Assembly (NCBI GenBank): GCA_020403265.1 | Contig: JADBXZ010000091.1 | Coordinates: 9,189 to 73,188 of the forward strand | Direction: 5' to 3' | Source: Bacteroidota bacterium | GTDB lineage: Bacteria > Bacteroidota > Bacteroidia > B-17B0 > Aurantibacillaceae | DNA length: 64,000 nucleotides | Shown here: positions 57,202-64,000 of the stretch, in pieces | How the letters are laid out: every line of letters begins with the position of its first letter | How positions within the stretch are numbered: position 1 is the first letter of the stretch | Made by a program: the position numbers and the translations under genes | The notes under the pieces: model-generated | What the model was told of the DNA's origin: nothing | Databases searched by the model: none | Seen by the model: only the letters and a program-made list of their open reading frames with translations

Positions 57202-58291
57202 GATTTAATTTTTTGCGTTTTTTAGTTTTTCGGATCCTTAAAACAATGAAAAGAAAGATGAGAGAACAAAGTACAGTTGTAAATAAACTAATTGTAGCCA
57301 TATAAAAGTAAACTGATAAAAAGGTTATGGAAACATTTAGTAAAGTGAAAATGTAAATAATTATAACGGTTCTGGAATGAGTATAGCCACAATCTAACAG
57401 CATATGGTGAATGTGATTTCTATCTGCGGCAAAGGGAGATTGGCCTTTGATAGCCCTGATAATAAATACCCGTAAGGTATCCAATAATGGGTAAGATAAA
57501 GCTGAAATGGTTATAACTGGCTTATTGCAGAAAACAAAAATACCACTTAAGTCTTGCACAGGGAATTCAATAAGTTTGAATGCAATTACGCTAATAAACA
57601 TTCCGATAATTAATGAACCGCTGTCTCCCATAAATATTTTGGCCGGGGAAAAATTAAAAATTAAAAAGCCCCCTAAGGCGCCAGCTAATGCAAAAGAAAG
57701 CGCAGCATATGGGTAATAGTTTGCGAAAATAAACCAAATACCAAACACACAGCTTGCCAGAAAACCAATACCCGCAGCTAAACCATCAACACCATCTATT
57801 AAATTAAAAGCATTAACAACTACCACATAGGTAAAAATTGAAAGAAAAACGCTACCCCAATAAGGGATTTCATTCACACCAAAGATGCCATGTAAACCGG
57901 TTATTCGTAAGTTGCCCATCAAAACCAAAATTAAAGCAACAACAATATGTGCAAATAATTTTTTAACAGGTGCGGTTCCAATGATGTCATCTTTTACACC
58001 AACAAAGAATAAAATTAAACTACATGCGACAATTAGTTGAAATTCTTTAACTGATTGAAAAATGGCATCACTATAAACTAAATTGTCAATGTTATACCAT
58101 AAAGAAAAAGAAAACAAAGTGCCAGCGTAAATAATAATGCCGCCAATAGTTGGTACAGATCTTTTATGGATTTTTCTTTCTTCTGAAGGACTATCAATAA
58201 GTCGTTTTAATATTGCAACTTTTATGAGTGCAGGTGTTGCATATAATACTACAACAAACGAAGTCAAAAACACAAGTATTAATAGTAACAT
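57194..58291 (-). CDS. Undecaprenyl-phosphate GlcNAc-1-phosphate transferase (WecA/MraY-like)
   Basis: RKIH..VPTIGG, NAFNLIDGVDGLA, FMGDSGS and ADRNHIHH motifs. Confidence 0.9.
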   Translation of the reverse strand: MLLLILVFLTSFVVVLYATPALIKVAILKRLIDSPSEERKIHKRSVPTIGGIIIYAGTLFSFSLWYNIDNLVYSDAIFQSVKEFQLIVACSLILFFVGVKDDIIGTAPVKKLFAHIVVALILVLMGNLRITGLHGIFGVNEIPYWGSVFLSIFTYVVVVNAFNLIDGVDGLAAGIGFLASCVFGIWFIFANYYPYAALSFALAGALGGFLIFNFSPAKIFMGDSGSLIIGMFISVIAFKLIEFPVQDLSGIFVFCNKPVITISALSYPLLDTLRVFIIRAIKGQSPFAADRNHIHHMLLDCGYTHSRTVIIIYIFTLLNVSITFLSVYFYMATISLFTTVLCSLIFLFIVLRIRKTKKRKKLNHV

Positions 58292-59865
58292 TAAAAGTCG
58301 GTGTAAAAGTTAAACAAACTACTTCTGAAGCTAAGATACACATAATTAGTGTATTGATTGTTAATTAATTCACTTGAATAACTGTTATGTCGATAGTTTA
58401 AACCTAGGGCAACATTCAAGTTATATGCCGGATTGATAACATAACCAATTTTAATATTGGTATTTTGAACAAGTTGTTGCTTTCCTCCTATAGATAATTG
58501 CGTTAGATTGTTTAATTTTAAAGTTGCTATGAATCTTTTATTCTTATAATCCATCAAGGCTATTAATTCTGAGCCATTAAACGGAGTATAGGCTAAAGGT
58601 TGATTGTAATTTGTATAAGCATTATATCCCATTTGCTTATTGAAAGGTAAGATAATAGTATCAGCTATATTTTTTCCTACCGTACCCTTATATGTTTTTG
58701 GATTTACGAAATTGTATTCAGCAGTAAAACTTAAATTATGAATATTGAATAAATCATAAACATTTAAGCCAACTTGTAATCCACCATGCTGAGTGTTAAG
58801 ATTGTTCAAGACATATTGACTATAAATATTAATTTTTGATGATAGTTTAATTTTTAATTCTGCGCCACTTAAAATTGTGTGTTTGTTGGAAGTTCCAAAG
58901 TAGGCAGTATTAAACAAAATAATTGGATTATAAAATTCCCAAGTTAAATTTTGCTGATTGCGATCGCCTCCCGGTTGCCAAATTAATCCTTGGAAAATAC
59001 CAACATTTATTCGCTTATTTAAATTATAACTTAAATATTGAAAAGATGCACCCTTCTTTTGATACAAGCGTTCGGCATTAGGAGTTGGTTTTTTTGAGGC
59101 AGAATCAAGATTCATTAAAGAGGCATAAATAGTTGTGTATTGTAATCTGCCTTTTAGCCATTGTTGTGTAAACCGAATAAACGGATAATTAAATGAATTA
59201 TCGCTTAAGAATAAACTTCGGTAGCCATGTCCTATTTTATGTTTCCCGTTGCCAAATTGTAAATTGGTGTTTTTTGTTGTTTGAATACTTACAAAGCCGC
59301 TTGAATAGGCAAAGTCATAACCGTTGGTTTTGAAACTTTTCCACCTGCCTTGACCAGGTATGACTTGAGATGCAATAGCATAATCATTCAGATAATTTGG
59401 TAATTGTGCTTGATTTTCTGCAAAAAGACTTTCAAAATAAACATTTTTCCCAATTTGACCACTTCCAATAAATCCACGCGTATTTGTAAAAAGTCTGTTA
59501 ACGGAGCTTGTTGCTGTGTTAGCACCGGTTTCAATACCAATTATCGGATCCAATCTAATTTTAAAATCATAATTGGCAGGTTCCACACGAACAACATGCT
59601 TTATAAAAAAAGCATCTAATGCAGGATCGTCAACAATGTATTTAAACACCCTAAAAGTATCTTCCACAAAAACATATTTTTGGTTAAAATAGGGGATGTA
59701 AGGTTTTACTGCGGCGTGAATAGAAGAATCTGGCACTGCCAGATGTTTTTGCGTTAGCTTATCAAAAAAGTACTCAGTTGGTAAGGTGTAATACTGTGCT
59801 TTAATTTGTTGAGAAAGTAAACTAAGAAAAAGAAATAAAACCAGATATTGTTGTTTTTTCAACAT
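58291..59865 (-). CDS. RemB-like / Wzi-like outer membrane beta-barrel protein
   Basis: FIGSGQIG, QFGNGKHKIGHGYRSLFLSD and terminal YTDF; upstream of the WecA-like gene. Confidence 0.7.
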   Translation of the reverse strand: MLKKQQYLVLFLFLSLLSQQIKAQYYTLPTEYFFDKLTQKHLAVPDSSIHAAVKPYIPYFNQKYVFVEDTFRVFKYIVDDPALDAFFIKHVVRVEPANYDFKIRLDPIIGIETGANTATSSVNRLFTNTRGFIGSGQIGKNVYFESLFAENQAQLPNYLNDYAIASQVIPGQGRWKSFKTNGYDFAYSSGFVSIQTTKNTNLQFGNGKHKIGHGYRSLFLSDNSFNYPFIRFTQQWLKGRLQYTTIYASLMNLDSASKKPTPNAERLYQKKGASFQYLSYNLNKRINVGIFQGLIWQPGGDRNQQNLTWEFYNPIILFNTAYFGTSNKHTILSGAELKIKLSSKINIYSQYVLNNLNTQHGGLQVGLNVYDLFNIHNLSFTAEYNFVNPKTYKGTVGKNIADTIILPFNKQMGYNAYTNYNQPLAYTPFNGSELIALMDYKNKRFIATLKLNNLTQLSIGGKQQLVQNTNIKIGYVINPAYNLNVALGLNYRHNSYSSELINNQYTNYVYLSFRSSLFNFYTDF

Positions 59866-59869
59866 TAAT

Positions 59870-60811
59870 TTACCAAACTTTTATATTCGTTTTATTTTTA
59901 AAGTCTTCATACACCATGGCTATTCCTTCTTTAAGTTCTATTTTATGGTGCCAGCCTAAACTGTGTAAAAAGCTCACATCCATTAGTTTTCTTGGCGTTC
60001 CATCAGGCTTAGAAAGATCATTTTTTATTTCACCATTATATCCAATAACTTCTTTTATTAGACGGGCAAGGTCATTAATGCTGATGTCAGAACCGCAACC
60101 AATGTTTACATGCTTATTGCCGCTGTAGTTTAACATCAAGTGTACACAAGCATCGCCCAAATCATCAGCGTGTAAAAATTCTCTTAGCGGTTTACCGCTT
60201 CCCCACATTTCAACAAATGGTGATCCTGATTCTTTGGCCTCATGAAATTTTCTGATTAATGCAGGTAAAACATGGGAATTATTAAGATTATAGTTGTCGT
60301 TAGGGCCATACATATTGGTTGGCATCACACTTATAAAATCGCAACCATATTGTCTATTGTAATTTTCTACCATTTTGATGCCTGTAATTTTAGCAATGGC
60401 ATATGGTTCGTTTGTTTCTTCTAATGAACCTGACAACAAGTAATCTTCTTTTAATGGTTGGGGAGCCAATTTGGGATAAATGCAGGAAGATCCTAAAAAC
60501 ATTAATTTTTTTGTTTTATTCAAATAAGCGTTGTGTATTACGTTGTTTTGAATCATTAAGTTGTCGTACAAGAATTCAGCTCTATAAGTGTTGTTTGCAT
60601 GAATGCCTCCAACTTTCGCAGCTGCTAAAAAAACGTACTCCGGTTGTTCTTCCTTAAAGAAACTTTCAACGGCTTGTGCATTTCTTAGATCTAAATCACT
60701 GCTTGTTTTTAAAATAAAATTGGAATAACCTCTTTTTTCTAGATTTCTCAGAATAGCAGAACCAACCATGCCTTTATGACCGGCTACATATATTTTAGAA
60801 TTTAAATTCAT
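59870..60811 (-). CDS. fcl: GDP-L-fucose synthase
   Basis: [33 protein letters not shown] and KPDGTPRK motifs. Confidence 0.96.
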   Translation of the reverse strand: MNLNSKIYVAGHKGMVGSAILRNLEKRGYSNFILKTSSDLDLRNAQAVESFFKEEQPEYVFLAAAKVGGIHANNTYRAEFLYDNLMIQNNVIHNAYLNKTKKLMFLGSSCIYPKLAPQPLKEDYLLSGSLEETNEPYAIAKITGIKMVENYNRQYGCDFISVMPTNMYGPNDNYNLNNSHVLPALIRKFHEAKESGSPFVEMWGSGKPLREFLHADDLGDACVHLMLNYSGNKHVNIGCGSDISINDLARLIKEVIGYNGEIKNDLSKPDGTPRKLMDVSFLHSLGWHHKIELKEGIAMVYEDFKNKTNIKVW

Positions 60812-60857
60812 TTTCGATTGAATTATGGGATGCTAGAAAGATTTTGGATGTATGTAA

Positions 60858-61946
60858 TTATTCTTTATAGTTTAATACTTTATGTCCACCTTCCAATAAG
60901 TATTTATCTCGTTTAAATAATTCCAAATCGGCAGCTACCATTTCTTTGCAAAGTTCTTGAACTGTGTACGTTGGAACCCAGCCTAACTTTTCTTTGGCTT
61001 TGGTAGCATCTCCTACCAACAAATCTACTTCTGCGGGGCGATAATATTTTGGATCAATTTCAATTAAGGTTTTACCAGTTGCACTATCAATTCCTTTTTC
61101 ATTTTCTGCTTTTCCTTCCCATTTTATAGACACACCAACTTCTTTAAATGCCATGTTGATGAATTCTCTTACTGTAATTTTGATACCTGTTGCCAACACA
61201 AAGTCATCCGCTTCAGTTTGTTGTAACATACGCCACATTCCTTCAACATAATCTTTTGCATGTCCCCAATCGCGCTCACTATCAATGTTACCCATGTATA
61301 ATTTTTCTTGCAACCCCAAACTAATTTTTGCAACCGCTCTGGTAATTTTTCTGGTCACAAATGTTTCGCCGCGTAAAGGACTTTCATGATTAAATAAAAT
61401 GCCATTACATGCATACATGCCATAGCTTTCGCGGTAATTTTTTGTAATCCAATAACCATATAACTTAGCAACGCCATAAGGACTTCTTGGGTAAAAAGGT
61501 GTTGTTTCTTTTTGTGGAATTTCTTGAACAAGGCCATATAATTCACTTGTTGAGGCTTGATAAAATCTCGTTTTTTTCTCCAAGCCTAAAATGCGAATGG
61601 CTTCTAGTATTCTTAAGGTACCAATGGCATCAGCATTGGCAGTATATTCCGGGGTTTCAAAACTTACCTTCACATGACTCTGTGCAGCAAGGTTGTAAAT
61701 TTCATCTGGTTGTACTTCCTGAACAATTCTAATCAAATTGGTACTGTCTGTTAAATCACCATAATGCAGTTTAAAATTAACATGTTTCTCGTGTTGGTCT
61801 TGATAAAGATGATCAATTCTATCCGTATTAAATAAGCTGCTGCGACGCTTTAACCCATGAACAACATAGCCTTTACTTAAAAGCAATTCAGAGAGGTAAG
61901 CGCCATCCTGACCGGTAACGCCTGTAACTAATGCAACTTTTCCCAT
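60858..61946 (-). CDS. gmd: GDP-mannose 4,6-dehydratase
   Basis: [40 protein letters not shown] and [17 protein letters not shown] motifs. Confidence 0.97.
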   Translation of the reverse strand: MGKVALVTGVTGQDGAYLSELLLSKGYVVHGLKRRSSLFNTDRIDHLYQDQHEKHVNFKLHYGDLTDSTNLIRIVQEVQPDEIYNLAAQSHVKVSFETPEYTANADAIGTLRILEAIRILGLEKKTRFYQASTSELYGLVQEIPQKETTPFYPRSPYGVAKLYGYWITKNYRESYGMYACNGILFNHESPLRGETFVTRKITRAVAKISLGLQEKLYMGNIDSERDWGHAKDYVEGMWRMLQQTEADDFVLATGIKITVREFINMAFKEVGVSIKWEGKAENEKGIDSATGKTLIEIDPKYYRPAEVDLLVGDATKAKEKLGWVPTYTVQELCKEMVAADLELFKRDKYLLEGGHKVLNYKE

Positions 61947-62041
61947 AATATAAATTACAATATTACGAAAAATTAACTTTTTACAGGTAATATAAAGGGT
62001 TTAAAACATGTTTATTTTATCAGTATATTTACTTCTTAATT

Positions 62042-62299
62042 ATGATGACAACTTTTTCAAAAAAGAATTATCAACTATTAATAGCCGGAACTGTAATTGT
62101 TTTGTTGGGCTATTTATTAATGATAGGTGGTGGCAGCAAAGACCCTAATGTGTTTAATGGCGAAGAGCTGTTTAGCTTCCAAAGAATTACCTTGGCGCCA
62201 ATGGTTTGCCTGGCTGGTTTTATTCTAATTATTGTTGCTGTTATGTGGCGCCCAAAATCTAAGAATGAAGACACAGCCAATGGAAACCAATCAAAATAA
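62042..62299 (+). CDS. DUF3098 domain membrane protein
   Basis: FSKKNY, GGGSKDPNVFN..FS..RITLAP motifs. Confidence 0.88.
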   Translation: MMTTFSKKNYQLLIAGTVIVLLGYLLMIGGGSKDPNVFNGEELFSFQRITLAPMVCLAGFILIIVAVMWRPKSKNEDTANGNQSK

Positions 62300-62687
62300 T
62301 ATACAAAAGAAGAAAAGTAAGTTAAAGAAGTTTGTATTTATTTCTTTAACTGTTCTAATTGTTGGCTGGTTTATTTACTTTTTTATTTGTGGCATGACTT
62401 ATAGCGAAGGAACCAGAAGTGGGGTGTTAACAAAGGTGAGTAAGAAGGGGTATGTTTTCAAAACATTTGAAGGTGAGTTAAATGTTGGTGGCTTGAACCA
62501 GGGTGATGGAACGATAATGCCAGCCAGTATTTTTAAATTTTCTGTAGAAGGCGAAGCTATTTATAATCAACTGGAAAAGGAACAAGGTAAAAAAGTTATT
62601 CTGCATTACAAGGAGCGAATTAAATCTTTTTTTTGGCAAGGAGAAACCAATTATTTCGTGCAAAAGGTCACCTTTGTTGAGCGTTAG
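62280..62687 (+). CDS. Conserved hypothetical single-pass membrane protein
   Basis: TM helix, then YSEGTRSGVLTKVSKKG..FKTFEGEL and W.GETNYFV; ATG at 62280 preferred as start. Confidence 0.75.
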   Translation: METNQNNIQKKKSKLKKFVFISLTVLIVGWFIYFFICGMTYSEGTRSGVLTKVSKKGYVFKTFEGELNVGGLNQGDGTIMPASIFKFSVEGEAIYNQLEKEQGKKVILHYKERIKSFFWQGETNYFVQKVTFVER

Positions 62688-62690
62688 GCC

Positions 62691-63521
62691 TTAGTTTAGT
62701 AATTCAATTTCAAAATAGTAAGGCCACATTTTTCCGGTTACTAAAAATGTGTTGGTTTGTGAGTTGTAAGCAATGCCATTTGTTTCCAACGAATACGGAT
62801 AACGTTTTTGAGCTTCTTGTAAAAGGGGATTTAGATCAATCCGTCCAACAACATCGCCGGTTTCAGCATTAATTTTTAAAATCTCGTTTTTCATGTAAAT
62901 GTTGGCGTAAATAAATCCGTTTACATACTCTAATTCATTCACATAATCAATAGCTACATTGTATTCATTCACGTCAATTGTCTTCGTGATGGTGAAGGTT
63001 TGCGGATTAAGAAAGGTGATGATGTTGGTTCCATCACTCATAATCAAATCTTTTCCATTGGTTGTTAAGCCCCAGCCCTCATTGCTTAGATAAGAAAATT
63101 GGCCTTTTGGTTCAAAGTTATTAGCATTATAAATAAAGCCAATTTTGTTTTTATAGGTTAACTGAAACAATTGATTGTTTAAGATACAGGCACCTTCACC
63201 GAAATATTTATTTCTATCAATTTCTGTTTTTTTGGTGAATTTGCCGCTGGTTAAATCTACTATACCAATTAATGATTTGGTTTGAGGTAAATTATCAGGA
63301 GAACCGGTACTTTCAAATAATTGCTGTTCATGAAAAAACAAGCCTTCCGTAAATAAACTTGTGTCATGAGACAATTTTTTAATAACGTTATAACGAATAG
63401 CAGGAGCTTTTTTGACCGTCTCAACCGGATGTTCAACCGGTAATTCCGGAGATTTTGGATCATTATCACAACCAATAAAGAGTAACAAAGCCGTGAATCC
63501 TAAAAATAATCTAAGTTTCAT
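62691..63521 (-). CDS. Glutaminyl-peptide cyclotransferase (beta-propeller type), lipoprotein
   Basis: HDTSLFTEGL, YFGEG, QLTYK, EGWGLT, NELEY and NGIAY motifs; ATG at 63521 preferred because the listed TTG lies inside a TATCTTTG box. Confidence 0.92.
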   Translation of the reverse strand: MKLRLFLGFTALLLFIGCDNDPKSPELPVEHPVETVKKAPAIRYNVIKKLSHDTSLFTEGLFFHEQQLFESTGSPDNLPQTKSLIGIVDLTSGKFTKKTEIDRNKYFGEGACILNNQLFQLTYKNKIGFIYNANNFEPKGQFSYLSNEGWGLTTNGKDLIMSDGTNIITFLNPQTFTITKTIDVNEYNVAIDYVNELEYVNGFIYANIYMKNEILKINAETGDVVGRIDLNPLLQEAQKRYPYSLETNGIAYNSQTNTFLVTGKMWPYYFEIELLN

Positions 63522-63551
63522 AACAATCAAAGATATTAAAATTGTTTAAGC

Positions 63552-63581
63552 AAAAAAAACCCTCCGCATAGGGAGGGCTTT
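63552..63581 (-). terminator. Intrinsic terminator after tig
   Basis: CCCTCC-gcatag-GGAGGG stem with a T-run on the minus strand. Confidence 0.7.
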
Positions 63582-63585
63582 CATT

Positions 63586-64000
63586 TTAATTATTTTTAAA
63601 GAAGTCGTCGTAACTTACTTCGTTGGCTGTTAAGGTACAATTTAGTTTAACCAACTCTAATACTTTTTTAGAGTATAAGTTTTCAAATATACGTTGTGCC
63701 TCTTTTTCACGACTTAACAAATCTTTAGCAATTTTGTCTACCTCTGCTTCATCAGGCTGCTGACCATATTTAGCGTATTCAGAGCGGATAAACAGTTTAG
63801 CCTCTTCAATAGCCTCGTCGTTGGATACTTTTATTTCATTGTCCTTAATGATTTTGTTCTCAATCAGTCGCCATTGCATGGCTTTTGTATAATTTGGATA
63901 ATCTTTTTCTAATTCTTCTTCAGTAATAGGCTTCTCATTTACAACTTTTAACCAACGCTTTAAGAATGAATCCGGTAGTTGAAGTTTAAGAGACTCAACT
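63586..64000 (-). CDS. tig: Trigger factor, C-terminal part (5'-partial)
   Basis: The frame is open to the window end: VESLKLQLPDSFLKRWL...EKDYPNY.KAMQWRLIENKI, typical of Bacteroidota trigger factor. Confidence 0.88.
   Translation of the reverse strand, partial: VESLKLQLPDSFLKRWLKVVNEKPITEEELEKDYPNYTKAMQWRLIENKIIKDNEIKVSNDEAIEEAKLFIRSEYAKYGQQPDEAEVDKIAKDLLSREKEAQRIFENLYSKKVLELVKLNCTLTANEVSYDDFFKNN

Noticed and set aside
62280-62687. Possible phage origin or dehydrogenase label for the small membrane protein
   Set aside because: No Rossmann motif and no neighbouring phage genes; left as hypothetical.
426-63475. Numerous 60-172 aa antisense or overlapping ORFs in the track (e.g. 426-653, 16225-16464, 26888-27133, 30837-31169, 39156-39674, 49438-49632, 59916-60128)
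   Set aside because: Each lies opposite or inside a well-supported gene and has no family motif; expected shadow ORFs.

Overview
AT-rich Bacteroidota chromosomal segment (type IX secretion C-terminal domains, TAnnTTTG promoter boxes, RemB-like and DUF3098 genes). Left to right: a 5'-truncated T9SS-exported beta-helix/FN3-like repeat protein (1-2649); a small GIY-YIG nuclease gene enclosed on both sides by tandem arrays of one REP-like motif (2699-3348); a ~25 kb minus-strand Wzx/Wzy-type surface polysaccharide locus rich in amide/amino-acid-decorating enzymes, including a GT4-amidotransferase fusion (3369-28371). The upstream end of that locus is a rearranged zone: a complete wbpP-like epimerase gene is bracketed by its own 5' and 3' partial duplicates, a yhcG/DUF1016 nuclease gene sits between the ~390 bp repeats, short GC-rich palindromes are inserted in the dead copies, and a CLC channel gene is truncated (25920-30439). 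The rest is mostly housekeeping and envelope genes: Na+/H+ antiporter, tRNA-Leu(TAG), AddB-like nuclease, TerC, PadR-PspC operon, tandem SpoVK/CbbX-type AAA ATPase, aminotransferase, fumC, a 50-aa histone-H1-like microprotein missed by the ORF track, a radical SAM/YidD-like/TM2-like operon, TolC, WecA-like, RemB-like, fcl-gmd, glutaminyl cyclase and the 3' end of trigger factor. No CRISPR array, rRNA, integrase or transposase was seen. The best candidates for an undescribed system are the repeat-flanked GIY-YIG cassette and the duplication-flanked yhcG cassette. All family assignments come from motifs recognised by eye, not from database searches.
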